Shown here one piece after another: positions 27,229-36,650 of a DNA stretch of 44,876 nucleotides. The position numbers and the translations under genes were made by a program. Numbering within the stretch: position 1 is the first letter of the stretch; each line of letters begins with the position of its first letter. Under the pieces are notes generated by a model. It saw only the letters and a list, made by a program, of their open reading frames with translations. It did not search any database and had not been told where the DNA came from. The stretch lies in the sequence record PQ850604.1. One strand, given 5' to 3'. Source of the stretch: Escherichia phage Haito_Bas83.

Positions 27229-27552
27229 TTATTCATAAAAATTTGGGTCGCGCGCTACGTCTACCAGATACAAGTTGCTCATGCGGTTGCCGTAGTGCCC
27301 TGGCGTGCGCTGGCGGCACACAACGGCGAAGCCTGGAGGGATTGTATTGCCAGTCTCGATAATCCACGCCACGCGCGCGCCAGACAGCGTCTTGCCGTTG
27401 CATTCGATACGAGTACCGCCATCAGCGGTGTTAAGGTTGCCAATCTTGCAGCCGGTGGACTTCAGACGGATGACGCCGGTTTTGCTGTCGTAGGTGAATA
27501 ACTGGTTAGTCATTGCAACCGAGAAGTCGATGGCTTCGAATGTAGTATTCAT
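27229..27552 (-). CDS. hypothetical protein, possibly a degenerate HNH-like endonuclease
   Basis: 107 aa; NGKTLSGARVAWIIETGN...GHYGNRMSNLYLVD loosely resembles phage HNH_3-type domains, but the canonical His is not evident. Confidence 0.3.
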   Translation of the reverse strand: MNTTFEAIDFSVAMTNQLFTYDSKTGVIRLKSTGCKIGNLNTADGGTRIECNGKTLSGARVAWIIETGNTIPPGFAVVCRQRTPGHYGNRMSNLYLVDVARDPNFYE

Positions 27553-28244
27553 TTTAAATTTTCCTCATTGACTGCTATTGCGAAGCCGCGCGGAGTGAGC
27601 GACCGGATTAATTTGGTGCGGGCAGATTTGCCACCGAGGCGACTATACTGCTTCGAGTACCCTTTTTCAACGAATACCGGCTTTTTCTCCGGCATACGAA
27701 AGCCATTGCCGGTCCATAAACAGGTCAGCTTTGGATATGAATCGCGGTCGTTGATGTATTCCGGGAACAACGGATGTACGTCATCCTCCGGCAGATAGCC
27801 GCCATACTCCCACGGATCAAACGAGTGGTCTGGCTTGCGCCACTGGGTGGATAGCACACTGCGCGGATTCTCAATCATATATGGCACTTCAAAGAAGTCA
27901 CCCAGGTAAGCGGCAATCTTCGCGGTGCGCACTGCCTTAAGCTGAAAGGCGGGGTCTTTCGCACGCTTGCACGGGAAAGCTGTCGCACCGCTCACCGCCA
28001 GATCCGTACACGGCGGAAACGCGTAGATAATATCCGGCGTGCCGAAATCGCCATTCATCGCGCGGTCCACGAAGTCCAGATCGATAAACTCGTTACGATA
28101 GCGGATACCGCGACCATAAATACGGTAGTCAAGGTAAGACCCGTGATCGGCTTCCGAGTAGTTGAAACAGTAGCATTTATGCCCCATCTCGGCAGCGCGC
28201 TCTATCATCAAGCCGCTGCCGTCAAATAATGACCAGATAATCAC
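27549..28244 (-). CDS. compact C5-cytosine methyltransferase-like protein
   Basis: Motif I-like LFDGSG, PC motif FPPCTD and ENV-like ENPRS in the right order; only 231 aa, so target-recognition regions are short or absent. Confidence 0.45.
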   Translation of the reverse strand: MIIWSLFDGSGLMIERAAEMGHKCYCFNYSEADHGSYLDYRIYGRGIRYRNEFIDLDFVDRAMNGDFGTPDIIYAFPPCTDLAVSGATAFPCKRAKDPAFQLKAVRTAKIAAYLGDFFEVPYMIENPRSVLSTQWRKPDHSFDPWEYGGYLPEDDVHPLFPEYINDRDSYPKLTCLWTGNGFRMPEKKPVFVEKGYSKQYSRLGGKSARTKLIRSLTPRGFAIAVNEENLK

Positions 28245-29665
28245 TTGCGCACCTTCTTAGCTTTCATGTATTCCATCAAGTCGTCCTGGATGTCGCGCTT
28301 ACCATCGCGGCGGTCCGCCACCAGTTCGTCCAGTGTCCCGCGTGCCTGGATAATATAGACGAATACCGGTCGAGGGTGCCCGGCTTGCATCTGGCGAACT
28401 GGCCCGATACGCTCCACGATCTGCGCAAAGTGCTCATAGTTCCACGTATCCGAGAAGATAGCCAGGTGATGACCGCCGTCCTGCAAGTTGAGGCCATGAC
28501 CAGCCGATGCCGGGTGTGCGAACATGATGGGAATCTCGCCCCTGTTCCACGCTTCCATATCCTTATTGCCCTGCTTACCCTTACCCATCGCAACGCCGTG
28601 GGGAAACTTCTTCTTCAGACGTGCCAGGTCGTGCTTATACTGGTACGCAACGAGCAACGGCGCACCGTTCAACTCCTCTACGATACTTTCCAGCGCGTCC
28701 AGCTTGGCGTCGTGAATCTTCTCCCACTCGTCGGTCCGTTCGCCATCCTCGTCCACCTTATACACGGCCCCTGAAGCAAGCTGGAGGCACTTGATGGTCT
28801 TCGCCGCAGCGTTCGCCGCCTCAACTGTTCCGCTTTCCAGTTCGGCAAATAGCTCACTCTCAAACTGGTCATAAATCTTGCGGGCTTTCTTCGGCAGGTC
28901 CACGACAACCGGCGTGTAGATTGGCTTGTCACATCCGAAGTATTCAGCCGCGTCCACGGTAAGGGATACATCGGACAGGCGCTGTTGGATCTCCTTCTCG
29001 GAGTTCTTTAGCGGGGCGTGCTGCATAGTGAAGCTGCCTGGCTTAACAGGCTTGCTAATAAACCAGCGATCGGTGAATGCCTTATAGCTACTGCCGAGGC
29101 GTTCGCCACCGTCGACAAACCACGTCTGACCCCATAAGTCTTTTAGCCCGTTTGGCGCTGGTGTGCCGGTAAGGTTAATCCAGCGCTTGACGTGTTTATG
29201 TGCAATCGCTGCCAGTGCGCGGGCGCGCTTGCTCCCCTGCTTGCTACGATAGCCTTTCAGCTTAGTCGATTCATCGGCAACAACGACCGTAAAAGGCCAC
29301 TCGTCGCCGCAATACTCGACAAGCCACTCAACAACATCGTAGTTGACACAAACCACGTTAGCGTTGCTCTCAAGCGCCGCAATGCGGTCCTTCTCTGGCC
29401 CGGTGCCGTCTACTACAAGCAGGGCGGGGAATCTCCATTTTTCTTGTTCCGGGGGCCACGTGCCGGACGCAACGCGCAGCGGGGCCAGCACCAGTACGCG
29501 GTCCTCCTGGTTGGACAGGATGCCAGTCTGGAACATTTTGTTTAGCGCCCACATAGTCGCGCCAGTTTTACCGGACCCCATTGTCGCCCAAATATTGCAG
29601 CGCTCATGCTTGAGAATAAACGCGGTTATCAATTTCTGATATTCGCGACGTCGGAATCGTGCCAT
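28241..29665 (-). CDS. superfamily-2 ATP-dependent helicase (SNF2/DEAD-like)
   Basis: Start at MARFRRREYQ; Walker A ATMGSGKTG and DExx box VVVADESTK. Confidence 0.7.
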   Translation of the reverse strand: MARFRRREYQKLITAFILKHERCNIWATMGSGKTGATMWALNKMFQTGILSNQEDRVLVLAPLRVASGTWPPEQEKWRFPALLVVDGTGPEKDRIAALESNANVVCVNYDVVEWLVEYCGDEWPFTVVVADESTKLKGYRSKQGSKRARALAAIAHKHVKRWINLTGTPAPNGLKDLWGQTWFVDGGERLGSSYKAFTDRWFISKPVKPGSFTMQHAPLKNSEKEIQQRLSDVSLTVDAAEYFGCDKPIYTPVVVDLPKKARKIYDQFESELFAELESGTVEAANAAAKTIKCLQLASGAVYKVDEDGERTDEWEKIHDAKLDALESIVEELNGAPLLVAYQYKHDLARLKKKFPHGVAMGKGKQGNKDMEAWNRGEIPIMFAHPASAGHGLNLQDGGHHLAIFSDTWNYEHFAQIVERIGPVRQMQAGHPRPVFVYIIQARGTLDELVADRRDGKRDIQDDLMEYMKAKKVRK

Positions 29666-29669
29666 ATCT

Positions 29670-29888
29670 TTATTCCGCCTTTTTCCAGACTTCGGTTTCA
29701 CTGTTCCAATTCCTCTTTGTGGCGTCGTAGTTGGTGGCGTGTCCAATGTGCACACCGGTCGCGCGGAAGCTCTTAAACTTCTGCCAGCACACTGTCAACG
29801 GCAGCGGGTAATTCATGCCTGCGATAAACCATACGCGATCGCCAGGTTTGCACTCGCCCAGCTTGGTGAGTCGGTAATGTTCTTTCAT
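29670..29888 (-). CDS. hypothetical protein
   Basis: 72 aa from MKEHYRL, 7 nt after a GGAGG RBS. Confidence 0.35.
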   Translation of the reverse strand: MKEHYRLTKLGECKPGDRVWFIAGMNYPLPLTVCWQKFKSFRATGVHIGHATNYDATKRNWNSETEVWKKAE

Positions 29889-29930
29889 CGTCATGCCTCC
29901 AAAAATGGCGGGACAAGCCCGCCGTATTGA

Positions 29931-30104
29931 TTATTCTTGTTCTGCGCGATAGCGGCGCTGCCGATCACGTTCTTTCTTATTGCGGCACGATTTGCACTCG
30001 GCCCGATGCCCGTCTGGACTGCGCGCAGTCTTTCCGGTGTATTTGTGGAACTGGGATAGCGGCTTGATGCAGCCGCAGTTACTGCAACGTTTTTCTTCAA
30101 TCAT
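29931..30104 (-). CDS. small zinc-ribbon protein (putative)
   Basis: Start MIEEKRC with GAGGA RBS; CSNCGC...CKSC cysteine pairs; basic C-terminus. Confidence 0.4.
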   Translation of the reverse strand: MIEEKRCSNCGCIKPLSQFHKYTGKTARSPDGHRAECKSCRNKKERDRQRRYRAEQE

Positions 30105-30144
30105 TTCTAAAATCCTCGATAGGGCTAACCGGCACACTATACCG

Positions 30145-30423
30145 CTACGCGACCAATTCAGCAACCAATAAATCGCAGTCGGCTATGTTGTCAATAACGC
30201 GAACGTCAGCACCGCGGCGGGCCATTCGCTCATGTTCTCGCACCTGGTGCGGCTTCGGTTTTCCGCCGGGGCGCTTCACTTCGACGAATACTATGATGCC
30301 GTTGATGATAATAATCAGGTCGGGCGCACCTGCGCGCCCCTCCCATGCCAGTTTACGGCAGAATCCGCCGACCTCTTTCACCCGTCGCATCAGGTGGCTT
30401 TGTATCTTGCCTTCGGGTGTCAT
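30145..30423 (-). CDS. VRR-NUC domain nuclease
   Basis: 92 aa; GAPDLIIII...VFVEVKRPGGKPKPHQ matches the PD-(D/E)xK pattern of VRR-NUC. Confidence 0.6.
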   Translation of the reverse strand: MTPEGKIQSHLMRRVKEVGGFCRKLAWEGRAGAPDLIIIINGIIVFVEVKRPGGKPKPHQVREHERMARRGADVRVIDNIADCDLLVAELVA

Positions 30424-30611
30424 TTGGTTTGCAACTCCACGTTACGCAGACGGAGGTCTACCGGTATGTCCGATCGACCGGTTAGCGCCAGCGCCAGGTT
30501 TTCAGGCGTGACAAGTGCCGTAATGGTCTTGCCACGTTCCAGTCTAATGACGATTCGAATCTCGTCATCGTCCGTCGCGCCAGCGCGCATTATGCTTAAT
30601 TCTGCTTTCAT
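30420..30611 (-). CDS. hypothetical protein
   Basis: 63 aa from MKAELSIM; stop overlaps the VRR-NUC start; starts 4 nt after the polymerase stop. Confidence 0.35.
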   Translation of the reverse strand: MKAELSIMRAGATDDDEIRIVIRLERGKTITALVTPENLALALTGRSDIPVDLRLRNVELQTK

Positions 30612-30615
30612 AATC

Positions 30616-32907
30616 TTACTTCCTGTACCGATACATGATGTCGCCTTCGGCGGCAAGTGGGAAACCTTTCGCCCATATAGGCAGGTCACACATCAGCGCG
30701 CAAAGCTCCTCGGTCGTGTAATCGTCGGTGTCCGGCACTTCGGTGATCAATTCATCGTGCACTGACAGGACGATTTCATAGCCCGCAGCTTCAACACCAG
30801 GCATGGACCATGCGAGAATATCGCGGCACAACGCCTGTACTATGTTCTCCGTAAGTTTGCCGCCGTAGGTGTACTGGAATCCCCACTGGCGCGTCGTCTG
30901 ATTCTCGCCCTGGTATTTGATGCGAGTGCTGGTGCGCTTCTTGCCGGTGTCTTCGTCAATCTCGGTAGTGACAGACAGCGCGATGCCCGGATAGCTCATG
31001 ATGCGCCCCGACGGCAACTCAACCTTCAGCCACCAGCCCGCCGCGTTCGGGTCGTCGCGCTCCTCGTCGAATGTTGGGTCGTGCTTCGCCTTCGTGCGCA
31101 CAATCTTGAGCGCTTTCTTGCCATCCGGGCGAACGTTCGCGCCAGCCCAGTATGCCTTACCCGGATTGCGTATTGCACATAACACCGCTTCCTCAAGCTC
31201 GGCCCAAAAGGCTACGGTCTTCGGGTGAGACTCGCGCCACATCCTTTTGATCGCGTCGCAGGTCAACCACACGTTTTTAGGCAGTATGTAAGTCGGGCGC
31301 TCGTCTTTCTTGCCGGGCTTCGGCGGGCGCTTCGCTTCGTTGATGCGGGCAAACTCATAACCGCGTTTAGCCGCCGCCCAAATATGATCGGGGAATGTTC
31401 CCTTCATGACGTCAGCCATTGCGTACAGGTCGAGGCCCAGGTTTTTAGCAAACTGCAAGAACGCCGCGACGCCGCCACCATAGCCCAGTCCCAATTCACA
31501 CGCCTTACCAATCTGGCGTAGGTCTTTGCGGTTGGCTTTGATGTAGTCCGGGTCAAGGCCAAACATCTTACCGGCAGTTTCACAATAGATATCGCGTCCG
31601 GCCTTAAACACCATAAGCGCGGTTTTCTCGCCAGCGATCCAGGCAAGGCCACGCCCTTCCACGTTGGAGTAGTCCGCTACAACAAACTTCTTGCCCTTAG
31701 CCGGGATAATGCACCCGCGAACGGTCGAGGCGGTTAGCTTCGATATGTCATACGCCCAGTGCGCGGTCCCGCGTAACAGGGAGTTGATGCCGTTGGTGAG
31801 CATGTGCGACCGTACCCAAAACGAGACGTCGCTCTCACCTTCGCGGCGCTTAATCTTCCCTTCGTGGTCATCACTGTACTCGCCACGTGCCAGGTTTTGA
31901 GGCTGAAAGCCTTTACCGGCCCAGCGTAGTGTGCGCTTTGCCCCACCATACTGAAGACAACCACGGCGGCGACCATCGGCAGAAAGACCATTGACGAGCG
32001 GATTGTATTTAGTCGATGCCGTTGATGACGCGCCGAGGCGCATTTCAATAAGCACTTTGCCCTCGTCGGGGAAGTCTGGATCTTCCAGTAGGTCATTCAG
32101 CGTGGATTTCTGCGCGTTGTGAATGGTGAACGCCGGGGCGATATCGCGCAGGATTGGCAGGAAGTCATTGCCGGTCAGCTTACCGCCGAACAGTTCCCAG
32201 GCTTCTTCCTTCAATTCCTCTTTATGCACCTGCACCGCCTTGATCGCGGCGTTCGCTAGGTCAACATCCACATAGAAACCGCGGTCGTTAATCAACTGGT
32301 CGATAAGCAGGATTTCGTCTTCCTTCGGGGAGTTGCCCCAGTCCGGTATTCGCCAGTAGACTTCACGCATTGCGATAATATCCAGCGCGGCATAGCGCAG
32401 GAATTTAGCCCATTCTTCAGGGTGAGTCTCGCGCGTGTAGCGGCGGATTTTGTAGGTCTTAGGGGTCGGCTTACAAAATCGCTTAATCAGCGCCTTGCCT
32501 GCCTTATCCTTCGCGTGCTCTGCGTCAACGCCCAGCACCTGGCATTGCATATCGAGGCCACCCGGCAGCGCGTGACGAAAGGCCATAATCATCGTATCTT
32601 CGATCTGGCTTACCGGCAGGTCGATGCCCCACTTTTCACGGATAACCAGGCGGTCAAACAGGAGGCCGTTAGCCATCACTATTTTTGCTTTCTTGCGGGT
32701 TACCTGGCGTAGCGCCTTGCGCAGTTCACGCGGCATCGTGGGGGATTCAGTGGCGTCCCATGTCTGCACGCGGCCCTCGTCGATGGCGTAGGTGCAAATC
32801 ATAATCTCGGTGGATGGGTGTTCTGCATAGGCATACGCACCTGCTTTCTTCAGGTCCACCCCGCTATATGTCTCGGTGTCAAGAAACAGGCGTTCGAAGT
32901 CTTTCAT
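30616..32907 (-). CDS. DNA polymerase, family A, with 3'-5' exonuclease domain
   Basis: Exo I FLDTETYS; Pol motif A DYSNVEGR; motif B RQIGKACELGLGYGGG; motif C VLSVHDELI; 763 aa. Confidence 0.85.
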   Translation of the reverse strand: MKDFERLFLDTETYSGVDLKKAGAYAYAEHPSTEIMICTYAIDEGRVQTWDATESPTMPRELRKALRQVTRKKAKIVMANGLLFDRLVIREKWGIDLPVSQIEDTMIMAFRHALPGGLDMQCQVLGVDAEHAKDKAGKALIKRFCKPTPKTYKIRRYTRETHPEEWAKFLRYAALDIIAMREVYWRIPDWGNSPKEDEILLIDQLINDRGFYVDVDLANAAIKAVQVHKEELKEEAWELFGGKLTGNDFLPILRDIAPAFTIHNAQKSTLNDLLEDPDFPDEGKVLIEMRLGASSTASTKYNPLVNGLSADGRRRGCLQYGGAKRTLRWAGKGFQPQNLARGEYSDDHEGKIKRREGESDVSFWVRSHMLTNGINSLLRGTAHWAYDISKLTASTVRGCIIPAKGKKFVVADYSNVEGRGLAWIAGEKTALMVFKAGRDIYCETAGKMFGLDPDYIKANRKDLRQIGKACELGLGYGGGVAAFLQFAKNLGLDLYAMADVMKGTFPDHIWAAAKRGYEFARINEAKRPPKPGKKDERPTYILPKNVWLTCDAIKRMWRESHPKTVAFWAELEEAVLCAIRNPGKAYWAGANVRPDGKKALKIVRTKAKHDPTFDEERDDPNAAGWWLKVELPSGRIMSYPGIALSVTTEIDEDTGKKRTSTRIKYQGENQTTRQWGFQYTYGGKLTENIVQALCRDILAWSMPGVEAAGYEIVLSVHDELITEVPDTDDYTTEELCALMCDLPIWAKGFPLAAEGDIMYRYRK

Positions 32908-33074
32908 TGCTTTATCCTCACTACTGCGTCAGCGCTGCCGATCATGGAGAAGATACCATCCGACAAGGCAATCTCTTCGCCGTTGTTGCGAATCTCGGCA
33001 ACGGTAAAATACTCGCCCAGCAATTTGGACCATACACGCATTCCGACTTTTACTTCACTGGCTTTAATACGCAT
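32904..33074 (-). CDS. small hypothetical protein (56 aa)
   Basis: ORF MRIKASEVKVGMRVW... whose TGA overlaps the polymerase ATG (ATGA); not in the track. Confidence 0.35.
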   Translation of the reverse strand: MRIKASEVKVGMRVWSKLLGEYFTVAEIRNNGEEIALSDGIFSMIGSADAVVRIKQ

Positions 33075-33085
33075 TTTTCATTGTC

Positions 33086-33113
33086 CTAATAAAAAGCCCG
33101 CAATAAGCGGGCT
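33086..33113 (-). terminator. rho-independent terminator (minus strand) after the SSB-like gene
   Basis: Minus strand reads AAGCCCGC-TTATT-GCGGGCTT followed by TTTTT. Confidence 0.5.
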
Positions 33114-33132
33114 TGAATAGTGGGCTTTGCCC

Positions 33133-33924
33133 TTAACGGCGGCGACGTTTACGTGGTGCTTCGTCTTCGTCGTCGTCGTCGTCCTCATCTTCGTCATCGC
33201 GGGACTTGCGACGCTTGCGAGGTTTTTCGTCTTCCTCGTCTTCGTCATCGTCATCACGACGCTTGGATTTCTTGGACTTGCGCGGCTTATCATCTTCGTC
33301 ATCGTCATCACGACGTTTGGACTTCTTAGCCTTGCGCGGTGCTTCATCTTCGTCATCGTCGTCCAGGTCGTCATCGGAACAAGAAGACCCGCCGCCACCG
33401 AAGGAGTCACCATCGTCACGGAAGCGAAGACCCATCAAACCCGCACCTAGACCTTTGCCGTTGGTGTTGTTCCACGCCCAAATATCCAGGGACACGTTGC
33501 AATAACAACCGGAATAGATTTCCTGGCCTTCGATCTCGTCGCCGTTGATGGTAAGGCCCTGTTCGGTCTGCTTCTCGCCCAGTGACGTTTGGATGTTAGG
33601 CTGTTTGAACGATTTGGCGTTGATGTACAACATGCCTTCAAATTCTTCGGTTACTTCGTCGCGCTCGTCACCGTCACGAACTGCGCATTCCTTAGAATCC
33701 TGGGCGTAGTGGCGGTCCATCCACTTATCGGCGTTCTTCTCGGATTTCAGCTTGTCGGTAAGCACTGCGCGCGCTGCCGCTTCCACTTTGTCCACCTGCG
33801 GATCTTCTTTATCAAGAAGAATCACGGCACGGTATGCCGGTTTTTGTCCATCCTGTTTAGGGGTATCACGTTCCCAAATTTTCAGGAAGCATACACGTAC
33901 ATTTTTCAGGTTGACTTTAGCCAT
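33133..33924 (-). CDS. ssDNA-binding / annealing protein-like (DUF2815-like, tentative) with repetitive charged C-terminal tail
   Basis: Start MAKVNLKNVRVCF with GAGGA RBS; C-terminal ~100 aa are alternating acidic/basic repeats (DDDDEDEAPRKAKKSKRR x3); adjacent to a Cas4-like nuclease. Confidence 0.4.
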   Translation of the reverse strand: MAKVNLKNVRVCFLKIWERDTPKQDGQKPAYRAVILLDKEDPQVDKVEAAARAVLTDKLKSEKNADKWMDRHYAQDSKECAVRDGDERDEVTEEFEGMLYINAKSFKQPNIQTSLGEKQTEQGLTINGDEIEGQEIYSGCYCNVSLDIWAWNNTNGKGLGAGLMGLRFRDDGDSFGGGGSSCSDDDLDDDDEDEAPRKAKKSKRRDDDDEDDKPRKSKKSKRRDDDDEDEEDEKPRKRRKSRDDEDEDDDDDEDEAPRKRRRR

Positions 33925-34014
33925 TTTCCAATTCCTCATTTTCACATTTATCGGGGTTATTGTGAGCCACCCCGTTCGGCTTGGTTGCTAATTTACTTGG
34001 TTGCGCCTAAGCGG

Positions 34015-34257
34015 TCAAGCACTTTTATTAAAAAGATTTCGTGTCACGTAGTTGGTGGCGTTCTCGATCCAGCTTAACGGCGGGCGGTCGATGTGCTTCT
34101 CAACCCAGTCGACGGCGACGTCGCTATATCCGTCGTCCAGCCAGCGGGACGGATGGCGAATCATCCAGGCCACCATTAACACGCCTTGCACGCAATGCAG
34201 GATAAATCCCAGCGCGCCGAGCATAATCATCAATACGAATGCGAATACCTTATTCAT
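34015..34257 (-). CDS. small membrane protein (putative)
   Basis: 80 aa; N-terminal hydrophobic helix FAFVLMIMLGALGFIL. Confidence 0.4.
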   Translation of the reverse strand: MNKVFAFVLMIMLGALGFILHCVQGVLMVAWMIRHPSRWLDDGYSDVAVDWVEKHIDRPPLSWIENATNYVTRNLFNKSA

Positions 34258-35650
34258 TGCTTAAGTCCTCGTCAGTAGCTTCAGACCACGCGGGGCGCGG
34301 GTCGTCGATTGGTGCTAACACCGGTTTAGCTGGTGCGCGCGTGATTTTATCACACAATTTCGCCCACACTTTCGGTTTCTCGTCCTTCAATACCTTCTCG
34401 GCATCAGTAGGACTGAGCAATGTTTCTTTATACATCACGTCGCGCTTGATCCGGGCCTTAGTGAAGACTTCAATCACTTCGCTCTCGTCCGCCCACTTGC
34501 GATTACCTTCCTTACCGGCAACCATCTTGAGGCCCAGCGATTCGCCATCGCCCGCCATTACGGCCTTGAATACCGCGGACTCGATAGCCTTGATGTGCTG
34601 GCGCATTGCGTCAAGACCTTCATATGCCTTGCGCAGCTCCGCCGCGCTCATAGCGCCTGGTGCTTCTTCTTCTTTCTTGCCACGCTTCGCACGTCGTGCC
34701 GCTTTCCGGGCTTCGCGATCGGTAGCCTTCGGTGCTTCGTCCGCCAGGTCGTCGTCTGTTGCCGTTGGTGGGGTCATCGTGTCGATGGCGGCCTTAGCGC
34801 GGGCACTACACTGATCCGCAAATCTACACCACTGACAGGCATCAACGCTCGGTCGGAAGTCGGCACGGGTAAGTCCCTTCTTGCCGCGGGAATACGCGTC
34901 CAGTGCGTCAATAGCACGCTTGGATGCAAACTTCGCGAATATCTCCAGCGCTTCCACGGTAATATCCCACTCCGACGCCCCGCCGCAATACGGCTGGAAG
35001 ATTACCAGGCGAACGGTTGTAATGTCGTACATGGTTTGCAGCTTGCGCAGCAGGCCCAGCGCGTACAACATAAGCTGTTTGTTTTCTTTCGCCTCGACCT
35101 TATGTCGCCCGGTCTTCAGGTCGCCAACAATCAGCATGTACGTGCCGTCGGTCTTCTTCATGACCATTACCATATCGGCAGTTCCGAACGTCTTCACCTT
35201 GTTGCCGTCTATCTCGAAGCCCGGATGCAAGATGCGGGTGAGATCGGCGCGCATTTCAAGCTGTACAAACTCCGCCACTTCAAGGAGCGGTCGCCAGTGG
35301 TCGATGTACGCGTCGCACTGTTTCACCATGTCGTCGTTAACCAGCACGCCGCCTTTCGGTGCTTTCGGGTGCGCCTTTACCGGCCCCTTACCTTCGTTCT
35401 CAACGTAACACCCTTTGTACGTCTTCGCGGATAGCTTCTTCTCTCCGGCAATGATGCGGTTTAGCACGACTTCTGATACGGTGTGCATACTCGTACCGTT
35501 AATCGCAGCTTGCCCGGATTCGTTCGGGATACCTTTTTCGACTACCATGGCGGCGGGGCACCCCATCCATTTTTTAGATCCCGATGGCCCGAGTAATGAG
35601 TGTTCGGTATTACTGCCAGATTGTGTTTTGCGCTTTGGTTTAATAGCCAT
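34250..35650 (-). CDS. PD-(D/E)xK exonuclease with Cas4-like cysteine cluster (DUF2800-like)
   Basis: IVGDLKTGRHKVEAKENKQLMLYALGL core and C-terminal CQWCRFADQC; 466 aa. Confidence 0.5.
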   Translation of the reverse strand: MAIKPKRKTQSGSNTEHSLLGPSGSKKWMGCPAAMVVEKGIPNESGQAAINGTSMHTVSEVVLNRIIAGEKKLSAKTYKGCYVENEGKGPVKAHPKAPKGGVLVNDDMVKQCDAYIDHWRPLLEVAEFVQLEMRADLTRILHPGFEIDGNKVKTFGTADMVMVMKKTDGTYMLIVGDLKTGRHKVEAKENKQLMLYALGLLRKLQTMYDITTVRLVIFQPYCGGASEWDITVEALEIFAKFASKRAIDALDAYSRGKKGLTRADFRPSVDACQWCRFADQCSARAKAAIDTMTPPTATDDDLADEAPKATDREARKAARRAKRGKKEEEAPGAMSAAELRKAYEGLDAMRQHIKAIESAVFKAVMAGDGESLGLKMVAGKEGNRKWADESEVIEVFTKARIKRDVMYKETLLSPTDAEKVLKDEKPKVWAKLCDKITRAPAKPVLAPIDDPRPAWSEATDEDLSNE

Positions 35651-35829
35651 TATTCAACCCTTGTAAACTGGACAATTACATATTTCACATTAGCCAGACC
35701 TGCTTTTTCTACGCGGCGCTTAACTTCATTTTGTGCGTCCACGAAGCAATTGCTCGCGTTAGTGTTTTCCACAATAAAAGAAGTGTGGTCGTCTAAGTCG
35801 TGGCATGTTGCCAGCACGAAGAATTTCAT
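35650..35829 (-). CDS. small hypothetical protein
   Basis: 59 aa from MKFFVLATCHD with RBS GGGAGA; start overlaps the upstream stop (TAATG). Confidence 0.3.
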   Translation of the reverse strand: MKFFVLATCHDLDDHTSFIVENTNASNCFVDAQNEVKRRVEKAGLANVKYVIVQFTRVE

Positions 35830-36080
35830 TATTTCGTCTCCCAACGGTCAATTACTTTTTCCTCCGACGATACTGCAAAGCGAACATATTCTAGATTGGA
35901 GTCCGCCCAAATATAAAAGTCGGGATTAGTAAAGGTGGTGCGCTTAATTTGCGCGGGGTTATCGCGGCGTTTATCTATCACGGCAACGCGTGATTTAAAG
36001 TTGCCGATACGTTCGAATAGCCAATAATAAGGGCGCTGGTCGCGTGAATCCACCGCCTCGATTAGCGTGAAACGTGCCAT
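35829..36080 (-). CDS. hypothetical protein
   Basis: 83-aa ORF in the early operon. Confidence 0.4.
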   Translation of the reverse strand: MARFTLIEAVDSRDQRPYYWLFERIGNFKSRVAVIDKRRDNPAQIKRTTFTNPDFYIWADSNLEYVRFAVSSEEKVIDRWETK

Positions 36081-36128
36081 TGTCTCGTCCTCTAAAAATA
36101 GGCCCGCAGATTAGCGGGCCGGATAATA

Positions 36129-36650
36129 TTAATCTTCTAATTCGAAATACGTTTCTACGATTTCTTTTAAATCTTTATGGAAGTCTTCGACGTCGTCATC
36201 TTCCAGCTTGGCGACGGATTTAATTTCGAACGCTTCCAGCAGATCATCAAATTCGTCGTTTGCGTCGTCGTCATCGCCGCCTGCGATAATCGCGGCATAC
36301 TGCTTGATTTCGTCGCGCATCTCTTTCAGAGGATCGGCTTCTTTCTTGCCTTTACCTTTCGCCGGTGCTTTTTTAGACTTCGCAGGTGCTTCTTCCTCGT
36401 CCGCGTCGTCGTCTTCTTCTTCTACGGCTTCTTTCTTAGCCTTGCCCTTTGCAGGCGCTTTTTTGGACTTCGCCGGTGCTTCATCTTCAGCGTCGTCATC
36501 TTCGACTACTTCTTCTTTTGCCTTGCTCTTAGCCGGGGCTTTCTTCGCTTCCTGTTTACCAACGGCAGCGCCAGCAGTTTCGTAATGCTTAGCGATGGTT
36601 TCCAGTGCTACTACGCCGCGAGTGATCAGGTTTACGATTTGCTCAAACAT
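36129..36650 (-). CDS. lysine-rich repeat protein with acidic C-terminus (first gene of leftward early operon)
   Basis: RBS GGAGAT; three copies of (D/E)EAPAKSKKAPAKGK(A/G)KKE repeats; C-terminal DDDDANDEFDDLLEAF. Confidence 0.5.
   Translation of the reverse strand: MFEQIVNLITRGVVALETIAKHYETAGAAVGKQEAKKAPAKSKAKEEVVEDDDAEDEAPAKSKKAPAKGKAKKEAVEEEDDDADEEEAPAKSKKAPAKGKGKKEADPLKEMRDEIKQYAAIIAGGDDDDANDEFDDLLEAFEIKSVAKLEDDDVEDFHKDLKEIVETYFELED

Noticed and set aside
33120-33505. Several plus-strand ORFs (69-107 aa) rich in Arg/Ser/Leu runs
   Set aside because: They are antisense readings of the repetitive acidic/basic tail of the SSB-like gene; low complexity explains the open frames.
34595-35434. 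279-aa and 175-aa plus-strand ORFs antisense to the Cas4-like nuclease gene
   Set aside because: Embedded in an uninterrupted minus-strand operon; compositionally biased; the minus-strand frame carries recognisable nuclease motifs.
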